This document shows positions 1 through 11,289 of a stretch of 64,000 nucleotides of DNA, piece by piece. The stretch spans positions 25,856,001 to 25,920,000 of the forward strand of contig NW_024704742.1 in NCBI RefSeq assembly GCF_018977255.1, written 5' to 3'. The position numbers and the translations under genes are program-made. The stretch comes from Callorhinchus milii (Eukaryota). The notes below the pieces were generated by a model that ran no database searches, was not told the origin of the DNA, and saw nothing but the letters and a program-made list of their open reading frames with translations. How positions within the stretch are numbered: position 1 is the stretch's first letter; every line of letters starts with the position of its first letter.

Positions 1-124
1 GTTGTTCAAGTGAGTATTAAGGACTGATCAGACTATTTGAAAAACCAAGGGAATTTCTTCTGGTGTCCTTTGTTTTTGGTAAGTCTGGTCCCACATGCGG
101 AAACGCATCACCATGTTTAAGAGT

Positions 125-385
125 AGCCAAACCTGACTGAGAGTTCCATGCATCTCAACTATACATGGAAATTCCTGTGTCCAGAATCAAATACACACTT
201 TCTTCCTGGAGGAGCAGATTATGCTAATCTAATTCTGGAGAGTATTAGGTCCAAGGCTTGGGAATCCCAGAGTTTGACTTGCGGTACCACTGGAGTTTAA
301 CAAGCTAAAATCTCATAGCTTACCCTTGAGAGCACTGTCTGGCAAGCTTCTCACTGCTTGTCCAGCTAGGACCACCCTATGGCTG
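125..385. repeat. Unclassified interspersed repeat, copy 1
   Basis: Aligns by eye with 11290-11520 and 56360-56430 (shared TTCCATGCATC..TACA/ATACATGGAAATTCC and GCACT.T.TG.CAAGCTT..CACTGCTT blocks). Confidence 0.6.
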
Positions 386-444
386 TTTATAGAACATTCT
401 TTTGCAAACTGGCAGATGCATTTATCCATAAAAACAGTCGCTAC

Positions 445-710
445 CATTCTAGATAGTTAGTAGCAAATCTAAAATTGAGTTTAGGAGGAATTTCTTTACC
501 CAGAGGGCAGTGAGAATGTGGAACTGTGGTTAAAGCAAAAAGTATCAGCATATTAAGAGGAAACTTGATCCATACATGAGGAAGAAGGAAATAGCAGTGC
601 CATAGGAGAAAGAATTAGGAGGGTGGAGGACCGTGTTGAGTATAAATCCTGGCATGGACTGATTGGGCCAAATAATAATGGTCTGTTTCCATGCCGTAAC
701 GTTCTTGTAA
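445..710 (+). mobile_element. CR1 LINE 3' end fragment
   Basis: AGGAATTTCTTTACCCAGAGGGCAGTGAGAATGTGGAAC (RNFFTQR.VR.WN, CR1 ORF2 C-terminus) followed by a CR1-type 3' UTR (GGCATGGAC..TTGGGCC..ATGGTCTGTTTCC). Confidence 0.75.
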
Positions 711-711
711 T

Positions 712-892
712 AATAATTTAGTCACTCAATCCACGACTGTTTGTGGGACACTGCTGCGCATTATTGCCCATCGCATTTTGCCCAAAAATAAATATACAGT
801 CAATTCACTTTACAGTATATTCTGTCAAGCGCTTTGAGACATCTCAAAGACATAATAAGGTGCTGTATCAAATGCAAGGATTATTATTATTG
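712..892 (+). mobile_element. SINE 3' half (5'-truncated)
   Basis: CTGTTTGTGGGACACTGCTG...AAGCGCTTTGAGAC...TCAAATGCAAGG(ATT)n, the same 3' module as the full copies. Confidence 0.85.
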
Positions 893-1094
893 TATTTCCT
901 TACAGTAAAATGCTGTGAAACACTATAGGTGTTCTGGTGATGTTGCACTGTCAAATGCAATGATTATTGTTACAAAGCAAGGGGGTGTTTGGGGTTTACT
1001 GGGTTCCCAATTACAAAAACACTGAGGGCTGCAGTACTACACTGGGGGCGGATTCACATTTGAAAGGAAAATTCACATTGACGTTGTTCCAACT

Positions 1095-1400
1095 GAAATG
1101 GACCTTCAGCTGAGATGTTAAACCAAAGTCCCGCCTGCCTGTTCAAGCCGATGTTAAAGATCCCATGGCACGATTTGAAAAGAGAAGGGAGTTTCTCATG
1201 GTATCCTGGCCAACAATCCCCCAAATAAAATTGGGTCACTCACTCTAAGGCTGTTTGTTGGACACTGCTGTACGCGAATTGGCTGCCGCATTTGCCCACA
1301 CGGTGAATCCACTTTGCAGTATATCCTGTGAATCACTTTGAGACGTCTTGATGGCGTGATAAGCAGCGATATCAAAATGCAATATTACCATCATCGTCAT
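1095..1400 (+). mobile_element. Deu-domain-type SINE body and tail
   Basis: GAGATGTTAAACC...TAAAGATCCCATGGCAC...TCCTGGCCAAC resembles the DeuSINE central domain, followed by the common 3' module. Confidence 0.75.
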
Positions 1401-1565
1401 TAGAACAGCCCCCAAAGCTCTCTTGTAAGTTTCATCAGTGGAAATAAGCAAAGCAAAGCAAGACAGCCAGGGTTAGGGGAGAGTGTGGGGAGGGGGGGGA
1501 GGCACAAACAGTGGACCTAACAACAAATGCACGCCAGACAGACAGGACACCCCGGTCGGTGTTAC

Positions 1566-1775
1566 CTGCAGATAAGTTGCCAAAGTGTCACACTTGAGAA
1601 GGGTGAGGTTGGTCTTGTTAAGGTCCAGGGAGTTGGTAAGACACCAGGCGTCACTGTGTGGCTCCCTGGCTGCGGGGGGTTTGCTGGGGAGTCTGTGGCG
1701 GCTGCTGGTGGGGAAGGTTTGAGGCTCAGGTGTGGGACTGGTCCCCTGACTCCTGCTGTCGGGATCGCCCTCCAT
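1566..1775 (-). CDS. LRRC27: First coding exon (70 codons) of an LRRC27-like leucine-rich repeat gene; gene continues left of the window
   Basis: ATG at 1775, open to a phase-0 donor CAG|GTAAC at 1566/1565. The peptide MEGDPDS...NSLDLNKTNLTLLKCDTLATYLQ has LDLxxxxLxxLxxxxxxxxLQ ending at residue 70. This matches the spacing and position I recall for human LRRC27 (MEG...[22 protein letters not shown]). Identity outside the motif is low; ortholog versus paralog is unresolved. Confidence 0.65.
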
Positions 1776-1948
1776 TCACTCGGATCCCTGCGGCTGCATA
1801 CACTCTCCAACAACCACGAGCCTCGGCCGAAAGGTTGTTGCAAAACCGGAGACGTGCAAACGGTTCCTGGTTTCCTTCGGTTTGCGATCTTCGAGGGGAA
1901 CAAGACCGAGGGGAGCGGCTCCCATTCCCGGGCAGTCACCCCGGGCGG

Positions 1949-2606
1949 TCAGGGCAGGGCAGGGCAGGGCAGGGCTGGGCTGGGCTGGGCAGGTCAGGGC
2001 TGGGCAGGTCAGGTCAGGGCAGGGAAGGGAAGGGCTGGGCAGGGCAGGGCAGGGCAGGGCTGGGCAGGGCTGGGCTGGTCAGGGCAGGGCAGGTCAGGGC
2101 TGGGCAGGTCAGGGCAGGGCTGGGTAGGGCAGGGCAGGGCAGGGCTGGGCAGGTCAGGTCAGGTCAGGTCAGGTCAGGTCAGGGCAGGGCTGGGCAGGGC
2201 AGGGCTGGGCAGGTCAGGTCAGGTCATGGCTGGGGAGGGCTGGGCAGGGCAGGTCAGGGCAGGGCTGGGCAGGGCAGGGCAGGGCTGGGCTGGGCAGGGC
2301 AGGGCAGGTCAGGTCAGGGCTGGGCAGGGCAGGGCAGGGCTGGGCTGGGCTGGGCAGGTCAGGTCAGGTCAGGTCAGGGCAGGGCTGGGCAGGGCAGGGC
2401 TGGGCAGGTCAGGTCAGGTCATGGCTGGGGAGGGCTGGGCAGGGCAGGTCAGGGCAGGGCTGGGCAGGGCAGGGCTGGGCAGGGCTGGGCTGGGCAGGGC
2501 AGGGCAGGGCAGGTCAGGGCTGGGCAGGGCAGGGCAGGGCAGGTCAGGGCTGGGCAGGGCAGGGCAGGTCAGGGCTGGACAGGACAGGGCTGGGCAGGTC
2601 AGGGCT
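1949..2606 (+). repeat. G-rich pentamer array (GGGCA/GGGCT/GGTCA)n
   Basis: Directly visible. The variant AGGTCATGGCTGGGGAGGGC occurs at 2221 and 2416, a 195-bp higher-order duplication. Confidence 0.97.
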
Positions 2607-2800
2607 GCTCCGCGCAACGGGGACGCGTGAGAACTGAGACGATGAAGTCGGGATCTTCCCGACACCAAAGCTGCTCACTTCCTGCATCGGGACTTCAGCT
2701 GCAAAGCTGCGCCCCGGCCCCGGGGTAACCCTGGAGACCACTGTAGCGTGGGCTGCTGTCAGTGTGCGGGTCAATAGCAGCCCCCACCCCCGCACAGGCA
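2607..2800 (-). promoter_or_regulatory. CpG-rich candidate promoter of the LRRC27-like gene
   Basis: Unique CpG-rich segment between two arrays, upstream of the exon. Contains an X-box-like GTAACCCTGGAGAC (2725-2738), an ETS-like CACTTCCTG and a MYB-like CAACGG. Confidence 0.45.
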
Positions 2801-2802
2801 AC

Positions 2803-3090
2803 TCAGCCCGTCCGTGTCTGGCAGTCTGAGCCCGCCCGTGTCTGGCAGTCTGGCAGTCTGAGCCCGCCCGTGTCTGGCAGTCTGAGCCCGCCCGTGTCTG
2901 CCAGTCTGAGCCCGCCCGTGTCTGGCAGTCTGTCTGGCAGTCTGAGCCCGCCCGTGTCTGCCAGTCTGAGCCCGCCCGTGTCTGCCAGTCTGAGCCCGCC
3001 CGTGTCTGCCAGTCTGAGCCCGCCCGTGTCTGGCAGTCTGGCAGTCTGAGTCCGCCCGTGTCTGGCAGTCTGAGTCCGCCCGTGTCTGAG
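2803..3090 (+). repeat. 24-bp minisatellite GCAGTCTGAGCCCGCCCGTGTCTG, about 11 units
   Basis: Directly visible; produces the 8-aa periodicity (SLSPPVSG) in the ORF track. Confidence 0.95.
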
Positions 3091-3099
3091 CACAGTTTA

Positions 3100-6000
3100 C
3101 ATGTGAATGTGAGCCTGACTGAGCTGAGCACAGTCTGTCTGAGTCTGAACACATTCTAAGACTGAGCTGAGCAGTCGAGCACAGTCTGAGTTGAGAGCAG
3201 ATTGTGTTGAGCATTGGGTGCGTTGGTGTTGAGCACTAATGGTACTTGTGTTGAGCAGATTGTCTGTGTATGATGAGCACACGGTGTGTGTTTGTGTTCA
3301 ACAGTGTGTGTGTTTGTGCTAAACACAGTGTGTGTTTTTGTTGAGCACAGTGTGTGTGAGTGTGAGTGCTGAGCACAGTGTGTGTGAGTGTATTGAGCAC
3401 AGTGTGTGTGTGAGTGTTTTGAGCACAGTGTGTGAGTGTGTTGAGAACAGTGTGTGAGTGTGTTGAGAACAGTGTGTGAGTGTGTTGAGCACAGTGTGTG
3501 TGTGCTGAGCACAGTGTGAGTATGTGTGCTGAGCACAGTGTGTGTGTGCTGAGCACAGTGTGTGAGTGTGCTGAGCAGTATGTGAGTGTGTTGAGCACAG
3601 TGTGTGTGTGAGTGTATTGAGCATAGTGTGTGTGAGTGTATTGAGCACAGTGTGTGTGTGCTGAGCACAGTGTGTGTGTGAGTGTATTGAGCACAGTGTG
3701 TGAGTATGTTGAGTACAGTGTGTGTGTGAGTGTATTGAGCACAGTGTGTGAGTGTGTTGAGCACAGTGTGTGAGTATGTTGAGTACAGTGTGTGTGTGAG
3801 TGTATTGAGTACAGTGTGTGAGTGTGTTGAGCACAGTGTGTGAGTATGTTGAGCACAGTGTGTGAGTATGTTGAGCACAGTGTGTGAGTATGTTGAGCAC
3901 AGTGTGTGAGTGTGCTGAACACAGTGTGTGTGTGCTGAGCACAGTGTGTGTGTGCTGAGCACAGTGTGTGTGAGTGTGCTGAGCACAGTGTGTGTGTGCT
4001 GAGCACAGTGTGTGAGTGTGCTGAGCACAGTGTGTGTGTGAGTGTATTGAGCACGGTGTGTGAGTGTATTGAGCACAGTGTGTGTGTGTGCTGAGCACAG
4101 TGTGTGTGAGTGTATTGAGCACAGTGTGTGTGAGTGTGCTGAGCACAGTGTGTGTGAGTGTGTTGAGACAGTGTGTGTGAGTGTGTTGAGCACAGTGTGT
4201 GAGTGTGCTGAGCACAGTGTGTGTGAGTGTGCTGAGCACAGTGTGTGTGTGCTGAGCACAGTGTGTGAGTATTGAGCACAGTGTGTGTGTGTTGAGCACA
4301 GTTACAGTGTGTGTGTGCTGAGCACAGTGTGTGTGTGTGAGTGTATTGAGCACAGTGTGTGTGTGTGTGCTGAGCAGTGTGTGTGTGCTGAGCAGTGTGT
4401 GTGTGCTGAGCACAGTGTGTGTGTGAGTGTATTGAGCACAGTGTGTGTGTGCTGAACACAGTGTGTGAGTGTGTTGAGAACAGTGTGTGAGTATGTTGAG
4501 AACAGTGTGTGAGTGTGCTGAGCACAGTGTGTGAGTATGTTGAACACAGTGTGTGTGAGTGTGTTGAGCACAGTGTGTGTGTGCTGAACACAGTGTGTGA
4601 GTATGTTGAGCACAGTGTGTGAGTGTGTTGAGAACAGTGTGTGAGTATGTTGAGCACAGTGTGTGAGTGTGTTGAGCAGTGTGTGAGTGTGCTGAGCACA
4701 GTGTGAGTATGTGTGCTGAGCACAGTGTGTGTGTGCTGAGCACAGTGTGTGAGTGTGTTGAACACAGTGTATGTGAGTGTGCTGAGCAGTGTGTGTGAGT
4801 GTATTGAGCACAGTGTGTGAGTGTGCTGAGCACAGTGTGTGTGAGTGTATTGAGCACAGTGTGTGTGTGTGCTGAGCACAGTGTGTGTGTGAGTGTATTG
4901 AGCACAGTGTGTGAGTGTGTTGAGCACAGTGTGTGAGTGTGTTGAGCACAGTGTGTGTGTGAGTGTATTGAGCACAGTGTGTGAGTGTGTTGAGCACAGT
5001 GTGTGAGTGTGTTGAGCACAGTGTGTGAGTATGTTGAGTACAGTGTGTGTGTGAGTGTATTGAGCACAGTGTGTGAGTGTGTTGAGCACAGTGTGTGAGT
5101 ATGTTGAGCACAGTGTGTGAGTGTGCTGAACAGTGTGTGTGTGCTGAGCACAGTGTGTGTGTGCTGAGCACAGTGTGTGTGAGTGTGCTGAGCACAGTGT
5201 GTGTGAGTGTGCTGAGCACAGTGTGTGTGAGTGTGCTGAGCACAGTGTGTGTGAGTGTGCTGAGCACAGTGTGTGTGTGCTGAGCACAGTGTGTGAGTGT
5301 GCTGAGCACAGTGTGTGTGTGAGTGTATTGAGCACAGTGTGTGAGTGTATTGACCACAGTGTGTGAGTGTGCTGAGCACAGTGTGTGTGTGCTGAGCACA
5401 GTAAGGGGAGTGTGCTGAGCACAGTGTGTGTGTGAGTGTTTTGAGCACAGTGTGTGAGTGTGTTGAGCACAATGTGTGTGTGCTGAACACAGTGTGTGAG
5501 TATGTTGAGCAGTGTGTGAGTGTGTTGAGAACAGTGTGTGAGTATGTTGAGCACAGTGTGTGAGTGTGTTGAGCAGTGTGTGAGTGTGCTGAGCACAGTG
5601 TGAGTATGTGTGCTGAGCACAGTGTGTGTGTGCTGAGCACAGTGTGTGTGTGCTAAGCACAGTGTGAGTATGTGTGCTGAGCACAGTGTGTGTGTGCTGA
5701 GCACAGTGAGTGTGAGTGTGTGCTGAGCACAGTGTGAGTATGTGTGCTGAGCACAGTGTGAGTATGTGTGCTGAGCACAGTGAGTGTGAGTGTGTGCTGA
5801 GCACAGTGTGAGTATGTGTGCTGAGCACAGTGTGAGTATGTGTGCTGAGCACAGTGTGAGTGTGAGTGTGTGTGCTGAGCACAGTGTGAGTATGTGTGCT
5901 GAGCACAGTGTGAGTATGTGTGCTGAGCACAGTGTGAGTGTGTGTGCTGAGCACAGTGAGTGTGAGTGTGTGTGCTGAGCACAGTGTGAGTGTGAGTGCT

Positions 6001-7480
6001 GAGCACCGTGTGAGTATGTGTGCTGAGCACAGTGTGAGTCTGAGTATGTGTGCTGAGCACAGTGTGTGTGAGTGTGAGTGTGTGCTGAGCAGTGTGTGTG
6101 AGTGTGAGTGTGTGTGCTGAGCACAGTGTGAGTGTGTGTGCTGAGCAGTGTGAGTGTGAGTGCTGAGCACAGTGTGAGTGTGAGTGTGTATGCTGAGCAC
6201 AGTGTGTGTGAGTGTGAGTGTGTGCTGAGCAGAGTGTGAGTGTGTGTGCTGAGCACAGTGTGAGTGTGAGTATGTGCGCTGAGCACAGTGAGTGTGTGTG
6301 CTGAGCAGTGTGAGTGTGTGTGCTGAGCAGTGTGAGTGTGTGTGCTGAGCAGTGTGAGTGTGTGTGCTGAGCACAGTGTGTGTGAGTGTGTGCTGAGCAG
6401 AGTGTGAGTGTGTGTGCTGAGCACAGTGTGAGTGTGAGTATGTGCGCTGAGCACAGTGAGTGTGTGTGCTGAGCAGTGTGAGTGTGTGTGCTGAGCAGTG
6501 TGAGTGCTGAGCACAGTGTGAGTGTGTGTGCTGAGCAGTGTGTGAGTGTGAGTGTGTGTGCTGAGCACAGTGTGAGTGTGTGTGTGTTGAGCACAGTGTG
6601 AGTGTGTGTGTGTTGAGCACAGTGTGAGTGTCTGTGCTGAGCACAGTGTGAGTGTGTGTGCTGAGCACAGTGTGAGTGTGAGTTTGTGTGCTGAGCACAG
6701 TGTGAGTGTGTGTGTGTTGAGCACAGTGTGAGTGTGTGTGCTGAGCACAGTGTGAGTGTGTGTGCTGAGCACAGTGTGAGTGTGTGTGCTGAGCACAGTG
6801 TGAGTGTGAGTTTGTGTGCTGAGCACAGTGTGAGTATGTGTGCTGAGCACAGTGTGAGTATGAGTGCTGAGCAGTGTGAGTCTGAGTGCTGAGCACAGTG
6901 TGTGAGTGTGAGTGCTGAGCACAGTGTGAGTATGTGTGCTGAGCACAGTGTGTGTGAGTGCTGCGCACAGTGTGTGAGTGTGAGTGCTGAGCACAGTGTG
7001 TGTGAGTGTGAATGCTGAGCACAGTGTGTGAGTGTGAGTGCTGAGCACAGTGTGTGAGTGTGAGTGCTGAGCACAGTGTGTGTGTGAGTGCTGAGCACAG
7101 TGTGAGTGTGAGTGTTGAGCACAGTGTGTGAGTGTGAGTGCTGAGCACAGTGTGTGTGAGTGTGAGTGCTGAGCACAGTGTGTGTGAGTGTGAGTGCTGA
7201 GCACAGTGTGAGTATGTGTGCTGAGCACAGTGTGTGTGAGTGCTGCGCACAGTGTGTGAGTGTGAGTGCTGAGCAGTGTGTGTGAGTGCTGAGCACAGTG
7301 TGTGTGAGTGTGAGTGCTGAGCACAGTGTGTGTGAGTGTGAGTGCTGAGCACAGTGTGTGTGAGTGTGAGTGCAGAGCAGTGTGTGTGAGTGCTGAGCAC
7401 AGTGTGTGTGAGTGTGAGTGCTGAGCACAGTGTGTGTGAGTGTGAGTGCTGAGCAGTATGTGTGAGTGTGAGTGTGAGCT
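3100..7480 (+). repeat. About 4.3-kb TG-rich minisatellite, core TGTG(C/T)TGAGCACAGTGTG, unit about 20-28 bp
   Basis: Directly visible; source of the spurious HTVLSTH/CAQHTH ORFs. Confidence 0.98.
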
Positions 7481-8587
7481 CAGCTGTAACTGTCACATTA
7501 TTGTGATATCACAATTGCACGTTGTGAAGGAAGAGGGAAATAACGAGGATCCCCTTTTGCTTTGTGTGCATTACACTCTGCACTCGTCCCACCGCCACTG
7601 GCAACTTCATCCTCCATCCCGAGGGGCGTTTTATTCAACAAGTGCTGATAGAGATGGTCCTTTTAAGGGGGGAAAGGAACCAAACAAAATATAGTACGGT
7701 ACTACAAAACTATTTTATTGCAGCGTGATACACAGCGAAAGAAGACGTTTTGGGGAACATGAAAGTATTATTTCATCCAACATGCTGGCTCCTTTTTTTT
7801 GCTTGCAGTATTTTAAGCATTTATATTGTCAGCACAGCATACAGTGGTATCGTACATTGCTCCCCTCATTTTAAATGATCTCCAAATAATTCACAATATC
7901 AATTTGATTTGGCCATATTACACCTGGCAAGGTTCAGTTTCACACGAAAATTAGTGCAACAGCTCGCATTCGCATAACCCCCTTCTCACGTCGAAACGTC
8001 TCACAGTGCTTCACAGTAACTACTTTAATTAATAATGAATAAAAGTCATTACTGTGAAACGCAGTCACTATGTGCAGAGAAACGGGGCAGCTGGTGATGC
8101 CCACAAACCATCATGAGGTCGACTGACCAATTATTCTGGAGGTTTGTCAGCCAAGATACCTGGAGCAACTCCCCTTCTCTTTTTGCATAAATCTTTAGAT
8201 TTCATTTGAAACATGGTGGATCTATTCTATCCTGGTTTTAATTTATCTCAATGACTTTATCCATGGTGGGGGGGGGGTAAGGCAGCCTTCCCCCAGTTGT
8301 ATACTGAGCTCACAGTCCAGTTAACTTCTTCTGTGACCTGCAATTCCAACGTGAGACTTGAACCTCGCTCACAACTCACTACTTTCTATTCTTGGGGACT
8401 ACAGTGGAGAATACGGTATACTATGAATGGGAACACACTCGCACTTGTGTTGGAGCGTTTTGGGAGCATGTGGGCGTTTTAACGACAGAAAAGACAAACA
8501 CAGGATCACTGCAACAGGAATGTTCGCGTTCACAACGAAACCTTACAAATCAACTCAACAGTGGATCTTTGCTCTATGAATGCACTG

Positions 8588-8593
8588 TTTATT
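8588..8593 (-). other. Candidate polyadenylation signal (AATAAA) of CYTL1
   Basis: AATAAA on the minus strand about 430 nt after the CYTL1 stop; other candidates exist further downstream. Confidence 0.35.
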
Positions 8594-9020
8594 GGTGTAT
8601 TCGATTAAGTTGGGGATTGTGGGTTTCTGAAAACCCCAGGGGTGGGTGGGGTGGGGTGGGGGAGTGGGGGGGGGGACTGCTTAGAAGTAACGAAAAGCAA
8701 CATTCCTAAACTTTCCTGCAAGAGTTCCCACTCTGTAAAGCAGATTACAGCCAAACATCATAACACCACAAAGATGGGAACGCAAACGCTTATTTTGCCC
8801 ACAAATAAGCCACGATCTCAGCTGTTCTCACCTCCTGAAAGCAACAAAGCGGAGACCAATAGTTTACATGAAGTCTGCAAACCAGCAAAGTATTAATCGA
8901 GAGAGGAGCTCGGGCTACATTGTTATTTTTTTTGGAAAAAAAAACCTGAACGTTACAGAAACGATTCTTCCTCCTGTTCGGAAATGAAAATGCTGTGTGT
9001 GCACCGGTCACACCGGGGTT

Positions 9021-9104
9021 TCAGTTGAGCAATTCTTCCTGTGGATCTTGTGTGGGTGGTGGGTTTTCCAGGGCGGCGCAGTCATCCGTGAAAAACACCA
9101 GGTC
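9021..9104 (-). CDS. CYTL1: CYTL1 exon 4 (DLVFFTDDCAALENPPPTQDPQEELLN*)
   Basis: Acceptor ttgacag|GAC, stop TGA at 9023-9021. Matches the CYTL1 C-terminal motif DLVFLxDDCxALE. Confidence 0.95.
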   Translation of the reverse strand, partial: DLVFFTDDCAALENPPPTQDPQEELLN

Positions 9105-9299
9105 CTGTCAAGCGATCAAAGGGGAACCGGTCACATCACAAGAGCTACGGGAGACAGGAGCTACTGCACTGGGAGAGATGGTTATGGGTGAGGGTCGCTG
9201 TCAGACCCATTCAACGGGGATCCACATAATAATGGTCAGTGTTAGCAGAAAATGCAGCTTTGATTGAATAACTTAAGGTTGGCAGAGCGCCAGACTGGG

Positions 9300-9300
9300 T

Positions 9301-9332
<32 letters not shown>

Positions 9333-9357
9333 TGTATGTGTGTGTGTGTGTGTGTAT
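9300..9357 (+). repeat. (TATG)n(TG)n microsatellite in CYTL1 intron 3
   Basis: Directly visible. Confidence 0.95.
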
Positions 9358-9448
9358 GCATATAATATATAGGTCGTTCCAATACTTTCGCCCACGTTGA
9401 GCCACTTTAAAAGGGAAAAAAAAAGGCAAAAGCAACACGATACTCTAC

Positions 9449-9595
9449 CCTGTAGCAGACTTGGTTGATGATCTTGTACAAGCGCCTGATGCGCACTTTC
9501 AGCCAAGTGATTCTGCTGAGCTTCTGGCACCGGGGGCTGCTGAGGTTGTCCAGGAAATAGAGGTGATCACGGAGTTTGATCATCACACACGAGTT
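9449..9595 (-). CDS. CYTL1: CYTL1 exon 3 (NSCVMIKLRDHLYFLDNLSSPRCQKLSRITWLKVRIRRLYKIINQVCYR)
   Basis: Acceptor cttttcag|AAC, donor AGG|gtagag, 147 bp, phase 0/0. NxCVxxKLRD, SPxC and LYxIxNxxCxR motifs of CYTL1. Confidence 0.95.
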
Positions 9596-9664
9596 CTGAA
9601 AAGTCGCATGTTGTTTTGCGGTCGGTCTGAGGCAGTCATGGGTGTTGGAAACTAATAATCATTG

Positions 9665-10512
9665 CACACACACCAACACACACACACGCACCAACACACA
9701 CGCACCAACACACACACACCAACACACACACACACACCAACACACGCACCAACACACACACACGCACCAACACACACACACGCACCAACACACACACACC
9801 AACACACACACCAACACATACACACCAACACACACACACCAACACACCAACACACACACCAACACACACACCAACACACACACACACGCACCAACACACA
9901 CACACCAACACACACACACACACCAACACACCAACACACGCACCAACACACACACACACCAACACACACACACCAACACACACACCAACACACACACACA
10001 CCAACACAGACCAACACACCAACACACACACCAACACACGCACCAACACACACACACACCAACACACACACACCAACACACACACCAACACACACACACA
10101 CCAACACAGACCAACACACCAACACACACACCAACACACGCACCAACACACACGCACCAACACACACACACACACACCAACACACACACACACCAACACA
10201 CACCAACACACACACACCAACACACACCAACACACCAACACACACACCAACACACGCACCAACACACACACACCAACACACGCACCAACACACACACACA
10301 CACACCAACACACACACACACCAACACACACCAACACACACACACCAACACACACACACACACCAACACACACACACCAACACACGCACCAACACACACA
10401 CACACACACCAACACACACACACACCAACACACACCAACACACACACACCAACACACACACACACACCAACACACACACACCAACACACACACACCAACA
10501 CACACACACACA
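9665..10512 (+). repeat. CA-rich compound array ((CA)nCCAA)m filling most of CYTL1 intron 2
   Basis: Directly visible. Confidence 0.98.
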
Positions 10513-10537
10513 CTAATGGTCACAGCCACTTACTTAC

Positions 10538-10582
10538 ATGTACGTCAATGTAGAAGTTTGGGAGTATGGCAACGCACGGTTT
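10538..10582 (-). CDS. CYTL1: CYTL1 exon 2 (KPCVAILPNFYIDVH)
   Basis: Acceptor ctcttcacag|AAA, donor CAT|gtaagt, 45 bp. Matches PCVxxLPxxYxDxH. Confidence 0.96.
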
Positions 10583-10677
10583 CTGTGAAGAGAAAGCATC
10601 CGAGTAACTGCAGCCCCACTTTACTACGGGAAACAAACCCACCGTCTCAACAGCAACCCCGCGGCTGGTAAACTTAC

Positions 10678-10821
10678 TGTGATGGCAAATGTCTGCAGCC
10701 TTTTCAAAGACTTCATAATCCGTTTACTTAAATTCAACACTGACGAATAGCAAGTTGGAGGAGTGCAGTCGACAATCACAAGGAACGTGGACAGGAAAAC
10801 CAGTTGTTTGATCAGATCCAT
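10678..10821 (-). CDS. CYTL1: CYTL1 (cytokine-like 1) exon 1: signal peptide and TPPTCYS
   Basis: ATG at 10821, hydrophobic leader, diagnostic TPPTCYS, donor ACA|gtaagt. The four exons join into 139 aa with six Cys in the mature chain. Confidence 0.96.
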
Positions 10822-11289
10822 CACTGCTGTGCTGCCCCCGACAGAGCACTGACTGACTAACCAACTAACTAACTAACTAACTCACCAACTAAAAAGTTGC
10901 ATCGATTCCCAGCAATGTACGACGGTTTAGTCCCTGTCTGCGCCTCTGAACTCTCTGTGGTGCTGGGATTTGATGCGACCTCTCCCTGCAAAACAGGTTA
11001 TGAAACTTTGCTCATTTCCTCCTCCTTTGGCAGATTTTGGAAACAACTTGGGGTGGGGGGGGGGAGTGGGGGGAGTCAGAGTGTTTGCGGTTCATCCCGA
11101 GCAAAGCAAATATGCATCTTGGCAAACTGCAACAGCTGACTGCAGACTGAAAACATACTCCCAGGACAGAGTGGAATTGTTTGTTTGGTCACTGGAAGGA
11201 TTCCAGCTCTCTCTACATTTTCACTCCCGACTTATTGTTTGGTGTTTTGTCTCCCCCACCTTTTTATTTTTGCATAAGAGTATCCAAAC

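Noticed and set aside
1949..2606. Immunoglobulin switch-like region
   Set aside because: No GAGCT/AGCT motifs and no Ig exons nearby.
1527..2728. 367-aa and 356-aa GRAGQ-repeat ORFs
   Set aside because: Read-through of the pentamer array, antisense to the exon with a proper donor site.
2803..7480. CRISPR-like repeat-spacer array
   Set aside because: Eukaryotic context, no unique spacers and no cas genes.
3156..7496. ORFs of up to 1362 aa rich in H, T, L, C
   Set aside because: Translations of a CA-rich minisatellite strand that lacks stops in all frames.
10624..10824. 66-aa single-exon ORF as listed in the track
   Set aside because: The real start is ATG 10821 and the exon ends at the donor after 10678; the rest is intron.
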